A stretch of DNA of 64,000 nucleotides from Octopus vulgaris (GCA_951406725.2 OX597819.1:17360001-17424000); one strand, 5' to 3'. Shown: positions 1-13,604, counted from the first letter of the stretch. Translations and numbers: made by a program. The notes: generated by a model from the sequence alone, not told the origin.

Positions 1-5
1 GTATG

Positions 6-37
<32 letters not shown>

Positions 38-103
38 TGTATGTATGTATGTATGCATGCATGCATGCATGTATGTATGTATGTATGTATGTATGTATGT
101 ATG

Positions 104-138
<35 letters not shown>

Positions 139-154
139 ATATATATAGAGAGAG

Positions 155-201
<47 letters not shown>

Positions 202-1010
202 CAGATAGATAGATATGCATATACATGTATACACACGCATAAACACAAACACGCACACACTATATGTGATTCGGTCATATATGTGATTCTGTGTATATGT
301 GTGTACGTACAGACACATACACACAACAGCGGAAGCCTGCTTGAGAGACGCGACACATCGCACACAATCCTCTTCCCCTTATCAATAATTTCTTATTCTC
401 CTTTATGTCAATTATCATCTAAACAACGAATTAATTGTGGTTCATTACTTTGAGTTGCATTGACAATCCTTTATTTTGCAACAAATATTTCTCATAGATG
501 GATCCATTAATGTCTTTCAGCTTTCAGAACTACAAAGGCAGTAAGGCAAGGTTCATTAATTATAGAATTCGTTTCTGTTGCTCATGGAAAACATAGGAAA
601 ACATAGGGGCTCTGCATTGAATATTTTTACAAGGTGAACTGATCTTATATTAGCTGTTGAGCACGTTGACAATGGCGCTGCATATTTGTGATACGATTCT
701 CTCGCATCGGCCGTTTGTCAATGGTATCTTACTGATCTTCTTTGTGATTAGACAACCTGCTGAACATAGAAGAAAATATATTTCTCAAATCCCTTTATAC
801 TTAAAAACGGAAGGGTATATTGAATGATATTGTTCTAATTATAATCTGAACACAAGACACGATGTTTGTGATTAAATATTCTTTGACCAATCATAACTGG
901 TCTGAAGCTAAAAAAAACAAAAAACAAAATGGTCATCTTAAGCATGAAGATGTGGAAACGATCATTGAAATAAATGTTGTAATTGCTGTTCATGGTACTT
1001 CTTAAACTAG

Positions 1011-1241
1011 GGTGGCGAGCTGGCAGAACTGTTAGCATGCCGGGCGAAATGCTTAGCCGTATTTCGTCTGCCGTTACGTTCTGAGTTCAAATTCCGCCGA
1101 GGTCGACTTTGCCTTTCATCCTTTCGGGGTCGATTAAATAAGTACCAGTTACGCACTGGGGTCGATATAATGGACTTATTACCTATGTCTGTCCTTGTTT
1201 GTCCCCTCTATGTTTATCCCCTTGTGGGTAATAAAGAAATA
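1011..1241 (+). mobile_element. tRNA-derived SINE, family A (full length, 17-bp TSD)
   Basis: A-box TGGCAGAA and B-box GAGTTCAAATTCC; central GTCGACTTTGCCTTTCATCCTTTCGGGGTCGATAAATAAGTACC domain; tail ends AATAAAGAAATA; TSD GGTACTTCTTAAACTAG at 994-1010 and 1242-1258; many copies in window. Confidence 0.92.
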
Positions 1242-2595
1242 GGTACTTCTTAAACTAGAAATATTAATCTATTGTTTGATAGAGAAATCTTAGTAATTCT
1301 TAACTAGAAATAATATTTGAGATCTTATGTCATTTGTGATTTTCCAGAATTCTTTCTTCTAATAGATCCAACAATGACTTACTGGACACAATCAATATAA
1401 TACTGAAAATCCTGCATCGCGCTGACAGAAACTGTGATTTTGTTATAGACAGGTATAGTGTCTGTGTTAGTTTTGCAGGGCTTCCGAGATTAGTGACGGA
1501 ATACATGCAAGGAAGAAAGTTAGACCTTCACATATCCTCAGTTTCTACTCATGGTATGGGTCCTTGCGACAGACTGACCCTGAAGTGTAAAATCACTTAA
1601 GGGACAGGTGGTGGTGTAAAACCGAACGATGGTTTGAATTTAACACTCACAAATAGTTACAGTCATCTCATTGTTTCTGTCTTACCAATTCCAATAATAA
1701 GGCTTTTGTCGACTCGAAACTATTGCAGAAGACAGGTGCTGTAGATCTCAAGCGTTGTATTAGAACCATGAAATCGCTGAAGTCGATGATTCTACTCGAA
1801 TCGTTGGCCTATCAGATTTCTCAGCCGATGAGGGCACAGACATTGGTAGAAATCTGGAGCAAACAAAATAGTCAAGAGTGGAGTTTTCATCAAAGACCTG
1901 CATCCATGGTTTTGTGTATAATAACGTTATTAGGAATAGAAACTTCAAGTTCGCATTTCATTTAGTAATCAGAACACATTAAACACCATGATAGGCAAAT
2001 AGCATCGGAGGTCAAATTATTTGAAACATAAACTGAAAGAAAATAGTGAATAATTGTCCGTCTCTAAATATGATATTAGCAACAGTAGAAGCAGTACCAA
2101 CAAGGCAACAACAGTAACAGCCACAACAACCATACCTGGAAGTTTAAACTAAAATGGTGATTGTCGAATATACAAATAGCCGCATCCACTCAGTTTTGTC
2201 TTTTGTAGTGTTAGGTCACCTTCATTATACAGACATACCACATTGTCTCGACCTTCGATAACAGAAAGACTTCAAGATCCGCTTCCTTTCTGGCGTCATA
2301 TATCATGGGCTGTAAAATCGATTAACAAAACACTTCACAAGTAATTATGAATGTGTTCCATTTATTATAGCTTTGTTATGTCTACAAATGGAATTATGAG
2401 CCATACACTGATACACACACACTCAAAACACCACACATGCACCCCGAAAACATATTCACACCTGCAACCACATAAAACCATATCAAGCACTATGTTAATT
2501 AGGTATATACATACAAACATACATACATACATACATACACATATATATATATGTATGTATATATACATATATGTATGTATATATATATATGTATG

Positions 2596-2653
<58 letters not shown>

Positions 2654-2780
2654 TAGATAGATAAGATATGCATATGCAGATATGTATACACACACACGCA
2701 CATATATGTATATACATATGCAGATGTATATATATATGTATATATATATATATATATATACATGTTTGCATACATACATG

Positions 2781-2814
<34 letters not shown>

Positions 2815-2815
<1 letters not shown>

Positions 2816-3035
2816 TACTACGGTACTCCGTCGGTTACGACGACGAGTGTTCAAGTTGATCCGATCAACGGAACAGCTTGCTATGAAATTAACGTGCAAG
2901 TGGCTGAGCACTCTACAGGCATGTGTACCCTTAACGTAGTTCTCGGGGAGATTCAGCGTGACACAGAGTGTGACAAAGTGTTCCCTTTGAATTATTACAG
3001 GTGCAGCAGAAACGGGAAGAAAGAGTGAGAGGAAC
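2815..3035 (-). mobile_element. SINE family D, 3' part
   Basis: Reverse complement of the body at 3880-3985 (GTCACACTCTGTGTCACGCTGAATCTCCC...GTGCTCAGCCACTTGCAC). Confidence 0.75.
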
Positions 3036-3222
3036 TTGTGTGATGAACCTCATTAGCTAATGGATGTTTCTTGCTATATGATGCAAAGCTCTCGCAGCTG
3101 AATACTTGCGTATCACCTTATAGCTTCATCGGAGCTTCGAAGATGAAAGGCACTTTAAATTGGGAAAGCATTTACACAGACGTATGCACACAAGCGCGCG
3201 CACCTGTACACATATATGTACA

Positions 3223-3624
3223 TACTCTTTTACTCTTTTACTTGTTTCAGTCATCTGACTGCGGCCATGCTGGAGCATCACCTTTAATCGAGCAACTCGA
3301 CCTCGCGACGTATTCTTTTTGTAAGCCCAGTACTTATTCTATCGCTCTCTTTTGCCGAACCGCTAGGTAACGGGAACATAAACACACCAGCATCGGTTGT
3401 CAAGCAATTCTAAGGGGACAAACACAGACACACAAACAAACACACATACATATATATATATATACATATATAGGACAGGCTTCTTTCAGTTTCCGTCTAC
3501 CAAATCCACTCACAAGGCATTGGTCGGCCCTGGGCTATAGCAGAAGACACTTGCCCAAGATGCCACGCAGTGGACTGAACCCGGAACCATGTGGTTGGTT
3601 AGCAAGCTACTTACCACACAGCCA
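3223..3624 (-). mobile_element. tRNA-derived SINE, family C
   Basis: Minus-strand head TGGCTGTGTGGTAAG...GGTTCAGTCC, CORE-like CTTGGGCAAGTG, internal (TA)/(TG) tract, tail GCTCCAGCATGGCCGCAGTC; about 10 copies in window. Confidence 0.9.
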
Positions 3625-3726
<102 letters not shown>

Positions 3727-3987
3727 TGAAAGCGCATGGCATAGTGGTTGACGTATTCGGCTCTCGATCGTAAGGTCGTTAGTTCAATTCCCGGTGACAC
3801 GTTGTGTTCTTGAGCAAGATACTTTGATTCACATTGCTTCTGTCCATTCAGTTAGGCAAAAACAAGTAGTACCTGTATTTCAGCCTTGTCACACTCTGTG
3901 TCACGCTGAATCTCCCTGAGAACTACATTAAGAGCACACTTGCCTGTGGAGTGCTCAGTCACTTGCACTTTAATTTCACGAGCCGGC
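3727..3987 (+). mobile_element. tRNA-derived SINE, family D
   Basis: A-box TGGCATAGTGG and B-box AGTTCAATTCC; body shared with 2815-3035. Confidence 0.8.
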
Positions 3988-3997
3988 TGAATTAGTA

Positions 3998-4310
3998 AAA
4001 CTAGACGGAAGAACTGGGAAGGAATTCAATATGAATGGTGGTCTCCACCCAAGAGGTGGAGTAGCATGATTAGATTTGTCTAGAAAGGAAGGCAGAAGAG
4101 GGTTAATATCAGTGGAAGACTGCGTGGAGTTAGCTAGAGCAGATATAGACACTTATGTAGGTAATAGCGAAGAAAGTTTAAGAGTTGCTAGAGTCCAGCA
4201 AGACATGGGGAAGCCAAAATGCCAAACGAAGTTAAAAACCAGAAAAGAGAACAATTGTTATCTAACTGGCAGGAGAAGGCTCTGCATGGTAGATTCCCAA
4301 ATAGATTTGC
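3998..4310 (+). mobile_element. R4/Dong-like non-LTR retrotransposon fragment (post-RT region), decayed
   Basis: Translates KLDGRTGKEFNMNGGLHPRGGVA*LDLSRKEGRRGLISVEDCVE, matching the LHP...LY..RK.GGRGL..VEDC motif of R4-clade elements; contains a stop. Confidence 0.75.
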
Positions 4311-4358
4311 AGCAAATAGTAGTAGTGATACATTGCTATATATATATATATAACAAAA

Positions 4359-4396
4359 CTGTCCGACGAACGGGAACGTGAAACTCCGAGTAACAG
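4359..4396 (+). ncRNA. Type I hammerhead ribozyme motif (U4C core variant)
   Basis: CTGT-CCGACGA-ACG ggaa CGT-GAAA-CT ccg AG-TA-ACAG: stems I, II and III all pair; GUA cleavage triplet; flanked by (TA)n on both sides. Confidence 0.7.
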
Positions 4397-4428
4397 CTTT
4401 TGTTATATTTCTGCTGCTTTTAAATAAA

Positions 4429-4476
<48 letters not shown>

Positions 4477-4479
<3 letters not shown>

Positions 4480-4617
4480 CTGCTGGCCTTTATGTGTTTG
4501 GCTGCGGTCGCTGTCACATCGATACTTTTCCTCTGCCGTAAGGCTTAATTCCCAACACGTCAGCTGAATTCAATTCGTCTCCTGTCGAAAGACGCCTGTT
4601 GGTATGTCCCGTTATTA

Positions 4618-4703
<86 letters not shown>

Positions 4704-4967
4704 TGTATTATTTTTGTATTTATATTCGTGTAACATCGTCCGTTTTTCCGTCCTTGTTTCGTATACATTCGAAGCTTTTTTCCAAGGAATCTAATGCTCT
4801 TAGCTTATTTTTTCCTTGGGGCTGGCCAGATTGGAGCAATCTCAAGATTAATCAGCCGAAATTGCGATGATCCGGTTCTTGACTGAAGATTAAAGGCTTC
4901 GAATGATCCGTCCGTGTTTTTTGCATCGTCTTTCTGGATCTTTCGCGTTCTTGTCTCATTTTGTATT

Positions 4968-4970
<3 letters not shown>
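4477..4970 (+). repeat. Unclassified interspersed repeat, family F (TA-island associated)
   Basis: Shares CGAAAGACGCCT, CATTCG, TCTAATGCTC and GACTGAAGA...CCGTC blocks with 12071-12375 (-), 19680-20030 (+) and 24028-24203 (+). Confidence 0.7.
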
Positions 4971-5019
<49 letters not shown>

Positions 5020-5021
<2 letters not shown>

Positions 5022-5210
5022 ATCCAAACAAGAAAACACAAAAAACCCCCAAAAAACAAAAAAAAACACAGCAACGCGAGGACGTGGAGCAAATAAAGTA
5101 TTATTGGACACTCAGGAAAGAAGAAGAAGGAGAGTTTAACGTTTCGAGCGGAGCTCTTCGTCGGAAACATAGGAAAGGAAGACAGAGGAAAAAATATCGC
5201 CATACTAGGT

Positions 5211-5213
<3 letters not shown>
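5020..5213 (-). mobile_element. Penelope pLTR-like fragment, family E, with HHR at 5134-5168
   Basis: Minus strand GTTT-CCGACGA-A-GAGC tcc GCTC-GAAAC-GTT-AAAC; homologous to 8940-9120 and 16567-16733; bounded by (TA)n. Confidence 0.7.
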
Positions 5214-5257
<44 letters not shown>

Positions 5258-5286
5258 CGGCGTACGTACACTTTGTTCTCTTGTAT

Positions 5287-5328
<42 letters not shown>

Positions 5329-6039
5329 GCATATATGGGTACAGAACGTCACTAACGATTTAAATAACATAAAATACGTAAACAAACGAGGGAAAAACGA
5401 GTGAAATACGTAGACAACGAGAATAAAAATGGAAAACAGGACAAGTGAACAGAGAGGAAGTACCCTTCATCAGTTGTCAGCTGTCTATCAATTCCTCATT
5501 GCGAGCATTCAACAACAATATGAGTCTTCAAAGACAGTTGCTCCCATAAATTCTTAAATATTATTTAGGATTTATGGAGGGTCAAAGGTGGGAACAAAAA
5601 AAATGACGGTTGAGACATACAAGGAAACTGAACGAATGCTGAACATGGAGGGTCATTAGACCAACGGTGATCTGGTTGCTGTTTCTAGCAAAGCAAATAA
5701 CTACTTAGAGACCTCAAATGGAGCACAGCCATTTTGTGTTGCTGCTCTTCATATTTCTTTTGTAGTTGTTTTTGTTTTTGTTGTTGTTGTTGTTGCCGGG
5801 ACTGTTAGAACTGCTGTTACATTTGTTGTTTTTACATTTGTTATTGTTTGTGTTGTTGTGATTGTTACTGAGATGTTTGTTATTGTTGCTGGCCTTATTC
5901 TTGCTGTTATTGCTAATGTTGTTGGTAATGCCGTAGCTACTATGATTGCATTAGTAACTTTATTGTTGCTGTTATTGTTAGTGTTATTCATGTTACCACA
6001 GTAACCTCAATAACACTAGCAATATTAGCAACATTGTAA

Positions 6040-6486
6040 AGCGGCGAGCTTGTGGAAACGTTAGCACCGCGAGCGAAATGCTTAGCGGTATTTGGCAGAA
6101 ACGTTAGCACGCCAGGCGAAATGCGTAGCCGTATTTCGTCTGCCGCTACGTTCTGAGTTCAAATTCCGCCGAGGTCGACTTTGCCTTTCATCCTTTCGGG
6201 GTCGATAAATTAAGTACCAGTTACGCACTGGAGTCGATGTAATCGACTTAATACCTATCTCTGTCCTTGTTTGTCCCCTCTATGTTTAGCCCCTTGTGGG
6301 TAATAAAGAAATAGAAATAGGTATTTCATCTATCGTTAGGTTTTGAGTTCAAATTCCACCGAGATCGACTCTGTCTTTCATCCATTCGGGGGTCGTTAAA
6401 CTAACTACCAGTTGCGTTCAGGGGTCGATGCTATCGACTGGCCCCCTCCCTCATTTAGGGTCTTGTGCCTAGAGTGGAAAAGAATG
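6040..6486 (+). mobile_element. Nested SINEs: family A copy (about 6094-6319) inside a family B (alternative tail) copy
   Basis: Outer head broken at GGTATTT and resumed at GGTATTT (6320); outer tail TTGTGCCTAGAGTGGAAAAGAAT; imperfect outer TSD AAT(A/G)TTAG(C/T)AACATTGT. Confidence 0.85.
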
Positions 6487-7662
6487 TTAGTAACATTGTG
6501 GTGGAGATATTTTTGTAATAATAATAATAATGGTGTGGGTGAATTGTCATCGTGATAGCATTGGCGGCGGTTGTGGTGATGTCGTTGGTTTTAGCGATAG
6601 TGATGGTGGCGGTGGTGGTGGGTAATATTTGTGCTAATTATATTGAGGACGATGGTGGCGATTTAGAGGTGGCAGTTGTTGTGCTTGTGACACTAGTTTT
6701 GGTGATAGTAGTGGTGGTCCTGATTAATGGGTATAGCTGGGTTTACATCGTTTTTTATTTTAAAGAAAAAATTAAAACTATCGTTTTATACGGTTTGTAT
6801 AAAGAGTGTTTTAACAAGTGGCTTATACCATATGTTGCCTGAAACAACATGTCAGAAGTAATTGATGAAAATCTTGCGTTGAATTTTATCAAATACTCCG
6901 TCTTTTGTTTTGTTTTAACTGTTTAAAGAAATTTGAAATAATTAGATTTGAGGTGAGGCGTCAGCAACGACAACAACAAGAACAAGGGCAGCAGCAGCAG
7001 AACTAAAAGACAATACAAAGACAAAACAGACAAACAAACAAACAAACAAACAAACAAACAAGCAAAGGATGAAATATAAGAATTCATATGTAAACAAACG
7101 AGAAATTGTGTCTTAGTCTTAAAATAACATTGTCGCTTGTTTCTGCTCAACGTTCTTCTTGTTGTTGTCTTCATTTTGTTTTTGGTTGTTGATTTGTGTG
7201 CGTGCGTGCGCGCGCGCCTGTGTGTGTACGTGTGGCGTGTGTTTGTGTGTGTGTATGTAATTTTTCACTTTCTTGTATTAATATGTCGATGACGACGACA
7301 ACGTTGCCGGTGTTAATGACGACACCATGACGATGTGATACATCAACTGCTGCTGATGGTGATGGTGATATGATGATGATCATAACGACGGTTGTGAGAG
7401 AAGGGTGGTGGTGATTAAGGGGATGATGTTAATGACGATTTTACGTACATTCATTGTTGCTATACTGTTGCTGCTTATAATTTCTGTCAGCCTGTCTGTC
7501 TGTCTGTCTGTCTGTCTATCAGTCTGTCTATCTGCCTCGCTGTCTCTACACACTTGGTATACACACATATAAATTCAGAATAAAATGAAGTGAATCAATA
7601 AGTATTTTCAGTGCGTGTATATATAGATATATGCACAAATTTTCCCCCTCTCTCTCAATATA

Positions 7663-7723
<61 letters not shown>

Positions 7724-8636
7724 CAATAGGGAGCAAATAATTCAGGAGAAAATAAGATATTATTGACTCTATTATTATCTAGTATAACAATTTAAAAATG
7801 ATAATAACAGAATCAATAATATAGGCGATTGCAGGCCCCCAAAAGCATTAAATAGGTGAAGGACTAAAGTTAATCAAAGCCCATACTTAGTGTATCTACC
7901 TGCTGGAAATAACAGTCAAAACTCTTATTTAAATCGCCGAAAATCGTCTGTTTCTGCGATTTAAATAAGAGATCCACATATATGTATATGTGTACATATA
8001 TATCCAAACCCCATATCCATACACGCACACACATATATCACATATATATATAACTGTTATGAGTGGCACACATGTAAGAGGTGAGAGAACTCAATACCAG
8101 ATTCATAGAGCTTAATTATATATAACGAAAGAAATTTAGGAAACAGCTGGTAACCAGATGTTGCAGGAATTATGTCATCGCTTAAGTACACTTAAGGCTG
8201 TCCTTCATCTCATAAAACCGTCATCTTCTGTCGCAAAAATCGGAATTTATTAACAAGATTACTGCATTCTATGTATGTCATTGAATCGGAATGGAGATAA
8301 AGCAGATATCAAGCTGGGAGTATATCTTTATTTGGTTCAGAAGAGTTGTGACTAGACTACCTTTTTCCTCCTTGTTTTGTCTCTATTTTCCTAAATAACC
8401 AAAAAACTGTGAAAAAAAAAAAAGGCGGAAATGACATAACCCAAAATGTAGGAGACGGTTTCAAGATGTCCAGGATGACTTCGACTGTGTTTGCTGCATT
8501 TTATGAAGAGATTATTAACAGTGTTGCTACATATAGTATACTTCATTAGTGTAATGACGTTGCTGTATCTTGAAGTTGGACTGTATTATATGTGTTTGTA
8601 TGTATATATACACACTCACACACATATACATATGTG

Positions 8637-8713
<77 letters not shown>

Positions 8714-8719
8714 AATATT

Positions 8720-8870
8720 ATTAGAGACAAAACCACTATTTTGCAAAACAAACAAGGAAAGACTTAATCAATACATAAAATTTTAATAAATAGTCAAAAA
8801 AACCGCCACTACAATCGTTTCTTGTCTTGATCGACAATCTTCAGGTGGACTTCAATAAGTCAGTTTCAAA
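8720..8870 (-). mobile_element. Penelope pLTR-like fragment, family H
   Basis: TTAGAGACAAAACCACTATT...GACTTAATC homologous to 49235-49380; carries an HHR; bounded by (TA)n. Confidence 0.7.
8806..8848 (-). ncRNA. Type I hammerhead ribozyme motif
   Basis: CCAC-CTGAAGA-TTGTC gatcaa GACAA-GAAA-C gatt G-TA-GTGG: canonical core, stems I and II perfect, GUA triplet. Confidence 0.85.
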
Positions 8871-8939
8871 TATATATATATATATTTGCGAAGATATTAT
8901 TGACTGTTATTATCTAGTATAACAATCATAAATGGTAAA

Positions 8940-9120
8940 TCTAACTGCGTGTGTATCGTTGACGATTTTCTTTCTCCGTCTTCCCTTCTTTGGACTTTTT
9001 CTATATTTCTGATGAAGAGCTCCGCTCGAAACGTGAAATCTCCTTTCTTTTCTTTCCTTTCCTGAGCTTGTATCACGTCCTCGCGTTGTTGTTTTATCTT
9101 GCTTGTTCTTGTTTGGATAG
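8940..9120 (+). mobile_element. Family E pLTR-like fragment with HHR at 9005-9039 (GUG triplet, probably inactive)
   Basis: ATTT-CTGATGA-A-GAGC tcc GCTC-GAAAC-GTG-AAAT. Confidence 0.7.
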
Positions 9121-9157
<37 letters not shown>

Positions 9158-9339
9158 TACTTATTATACAACATTACTCTTTTATGTACACTTTTTTATG
9201 TACATTCCTTTATGTACATTCCTTTATGTACACTGATTTGTTCTGCTTTTTACATTTAACCCTACAGTCTCTTATGTGGTGGTTTAATAAAGTATGTGAT
9301 TGATATTTGATTTAGATGTATTTCTCCATTTTCTTATCT

Positions 9340-9380
<41 letters not shown>

Positions 9381-9551
9381 CTAATGTAGGATAAAATTTT
9401 TTTCGAAAAAAAAAATTTTATCAATGGCCAACATATCAAAAAATATCATTAAAAGTTAAATTTATAAATAACTTATAAAATAAGGGCAATTTTGTCTTTT
9501 TTTCGGCATATTTGGCATTAGAATCTTTCTTTTGCCCTTATTTTATAAGTT

Positions 9552-9606
<55 letters not shown>

Positions 9607-10178
9607 ACATAAGTATGTACATACATATACACACATGTATGCGTGTATTTATATATATATGTACATATATATGACGGACTCTCCTGTCGAAGACGATATT
9701 TGTGTGTTCAGCCTAGCCTAGAAAATGAAACCACGATCTCGTGATTCCCCGACGTCATAAAATTTTAGAAACTTTAAGGCAACGTGATTCTCTCTCTCTC
9801 TCTCTCTCTCTCTCGCTCTCTCTCTCTCTCACACACACACACACGTGTGTGTGTGTATGATAATCTCGTTGCCTCAAAGTTTCTAAAATATTACGTCGTC
9901 AACAACATACAATTGTCGTAGCTGGTAAGAATAAAGATTCCAAAACAGATAAAGAAATTCAGTGCAGTTCTTTAAAAGAGTTGTCACTCTTTGGGGCAAA
10001 TTGATTCTACACCAAAAAATACGTTAAGGGTACTTATGACTTTGAAATGCAAAGCTATTTCCACGTTCAACTCACTGAGCAATTGAATCCTTAGCATCGA
10101 ACATCGAAGATCCATCCATCCGTCCGTCCGTCAGTCCTTCCGTCCGTCCGTCTGTCTGTCTGTCCGTCTGTCTGTCCA

Positions 10179-10223
<45 letters not shown>

Positions 10224-10238
10224 TTATTTCTCTCTTTC

Positions 10239-10295
<57 letters not shown>

Positions 10296-10583
10296 GTAGG
10301 TATCTATATTTATATCTATCTATTTGTGCATCTCCCTTTCTTTATCTGTCTGTCTGTCTGTCTGACTATCTATCTATTCATCCATCTATCTACGTAGATG
10401 CCTGCCAGTCTTCCAATCGCTTCTCCTTCCCACCATCACTATACACGTCTGTTCACCCGGTTTTCCTTTCACTTGCTCTTAACATTCGATCATATGAACC
10501 GACGAAGCCTTGAAACTACTTCTCAACTAAATATCTTACAATCTTTTTTTTTGTATTTCATTTTGCAGCAATGACAAATAAAG

Positions 10584-10586
<3 letters not shown>

Positions 10587-10653
<67 letters not shown>

Positions 10654-10748
10654 CATCCTCATCCTCATCCTCATCCTCATCCTCATCATCATCATCATCA
10701 TCATCCTCATCATCATCATCATCATCATCCTCATCATCATCATCATCC

Positions 10749-10825
<77 letters not shown>

Positions 10826-10862
10826 GTCATCATCCTCATCATCATCATCATCATCATCATCC

Positions 10863-10927
<65 letters not shown>

Positions 10928-10954
10928 GTCATCATCATCATCATCATCATCATC
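10587..10954. repeat. (CAT)n microsatellite with CCT interruptions
   Basis: Direct reading; explains the poly-M and poly-I ORFs. Confidence 0.97.
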
Positions 10955-11199
10955 CTTTACATATTATAGATCCTGGATTACTAGTAATACAATGTTTGCG
11001 TGTGAAAATGACTGTCCAGTCTCATTTCATTTCCCTTTGCACTGTTCTTGTTATATTTCGTTGTTGTTTTCCCATACTTCTTTCAATGAAGGCACACCCA
11101 CACCCATTCGTTATTTGTGCTTCCAATCTGAGTCTCGTTCGTCGCCCTGCCTGGAAATAAAGAATCCACTACAAGAATACTACCACCACTAATACTAAT

Positions 11200-11810
11200 A
11201 ATAATTTCTTTTATTTGTCATTGGTGTGATGGATGAGGTGGACGATGGAAAGATAGATTAAGTCTGGGGAATAGCATAAAATCGTATGTTTAAAACAAAA
11301 GTGAAGGGCAAGAAAGCATTGTATAGAATATTAAGAAAAAGAAATGAAGTACAAATATACAGGGTACATAGTATAAAAAATGCCGATGTTACAGTCTCCC
11401 CGATACAGGAACCCTAAGGCGAATGAAGGAAGTTACCATTCAAGATCTCTCTGAACTCGAAAGGCAAACAACCTCTCCTCTATTGCTCTTTGACTAAGGA
11501 CTTACACTTACAGTGACACCATTTCTTTTGCTATTTTCATCCAGTATTCAATAAACTCACTCGAATATGGCACTTCTTTCTCTATCGCCATCTTCCCTTC
11601 CAAGTGAAATTTGTAAACAAAATCATTAAGGGCTACACTGAAGCAAGTCGCTTTACAGCCTCGTCCTATACACTGGCTCCCTCATTATAGCATCCAGGTA
11701 GATGAATACTGATTTTGCTAACCTCTTGAAGGAGAACAGTTGGAAAAATCTTCGCGATTGATTCGGTTGATACTCCGTTCGCCCTTCGAATGATTATCTT
11801 TTCTTCCATT
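11200..11810 (-). mobile_element. Possible decayed L1/Tx1-type LINE 3' end
   Basis: Minus strand gives FVYKFHLEGKMAIEKEVPYSSEFIEYWMKIAK, resembling Tx1-type ORF2 C-termini; ends AATAAAAGAAAT; recognition is tentative. Confidence 0.35.
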
Positions 11811-12017
11811 GATCACAGAGGACAGGAACAGAGAAAGAAAAAAACGTGCGAAGAAAAGCAAACTCATAGTGATATATTTACAGATACGAAGGGAGGCGGT
11901 GGAAGATGTTATGCATTATGGACGGACGTATAAAAGTTTTATAAGTGGACTCACACATATCTGCCTATACATATACACACGTATATGTATGTATGCATGA
12001 ATGTATGCATGTATGTA

Positions 12018-12070
<53 letters not shown>

Positions 12071-12076
<6 letters not shown>

Positions 12077-12375
12077 AAGACAAAAAGGGAACAACGCTGT
12101 AACATGCGACAACAAAACATTCGGACAGTTAGACGATATAAAAATGGACAGGAAAGAAAAACAAGGACGGGTCGTTCGGAGCTTTCTATCCGCAGTCGAT
12201 TCCTGATCGTCTTTGCAGTTTAAGCCGATTACACTCGAGACTGCTCCAATCTGGCCGGCCCCCAAGAAAATCTAAGCTAAGAGCATTAGACTCCTTGGAA
12301 CAAAGCAAGCGAATGTATACGAAAACAAGGACAAAAAAAAAAACCCCGGAGAAATGGTACACAAATGCAAATACA
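12071..12375 (-). repeat. Family F repeat
   Basis: GCTAAGAGCATTAGACTCCTTGGAA...CGAATGTATACGAAAACAAGGAC is the reverse complement of 4745-4805. Confidence 0.75.
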
Positions 12376-13120
12376 ATTAGAGGACATTTAACAAAAGGTA
12401 TCTTTCCCCTAAGGACGAATTTAAGTTAAGTTGGCGGTATGAGTATAAATAAAATATGCAATGAAACACAATAAGAAAGCCAAGATATAATTCAAGGTAA
12501 TATAAAACATTGGACGATTTCTGATTAGGTCGAGATAGAGGACTGTATGACTGTTCGTTTCTCGAATTGCTTGCCAGTGCAACCGAATGCACCAGTAATC
12601 AGTTTTTGAGTAGCTGTTGCTGAAAAACATCAGCATCTTCAGGATAGTCTCATTATTAAGTGCGGTGTAACGGCTTGATTTGAATTTTACTAATAATCTT
12701 TATTATGCATTTTGTTTATGTGCAGGACCTTACATCTTTTAAATCATTAAAGCAGCTTTGGAAGGTGCCTGGCTTCACAGATGCGAAATCGTGCCTACAA
12801 TTGACTGCAGACTTGATTTGCGAAGATCAGTAAATTTTCAAGTCAAAAATTTTGGCGCAGGGTGTACATCGACTTCCAGTACTGGCGTCTTACTTTATTT
12901 TATCGAGCTTCAAAATGATGAAGGGCAAAAGCAACCTCGATAGTATTTGAACTGAAAATATAAAATGTCTGAATGAATAATGCGAACTATTTTCCCGATG
13001 CACTAACAACTCTGCCAGCTCCATGGCTTTTAATTATACTTAATTATTAATTATTATTATTAATATTATTATCATTATTAACATTGTTGCTATTGTTGTC
13101 CTTCGTATTATTATTATTAT

Positions 13121-13186
<66 letters not shown>

Positions 13187-13203
13187 TATTATCATCATCA
13201 TCA

Positions 13204-13280
<77 letters not shown>

Positions 13281-13480
13281 TATAATAATATTAGGAGCGG
13301 CAATGGTTGTAGTATGGTTATTGGTAATTGTATATGTGTGTAACTGGGCTGGTGACGGTGTAATTGTACACAAGTCAATATGTCAGCTTGTACGGCCGGT
13401 TATTGGTGGTTACGGCCTTGTACGCAATATCAGGAGAGAAAACTTCCACCATATTACTTGTGTACATCCACAGGATATCG

Positions 13481-13552
<72 letters not shown>

Positions 13553-13604
13553 CACTCAAATATTGATAGACAGCACTTAAATATATATATATATATATAT
13601 ATGG

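Noticed and set aside
4855-4905. Permuted HHR in family F (CCGAAA...CTGAAGA)
   Set aside because: Could not form consistent stems I-III across the four copies
5461-5510. CTGATGAAGGG on the minus strand
   Set aside because: No stem II plus GAAA downstream
12600-12645. Minus-strand CTGAAGA-TGCTGA..TCAGCA hairpin
   Set aside because: Good stem II, but GAAA and stems I/III are missing; at best a decayed HHR
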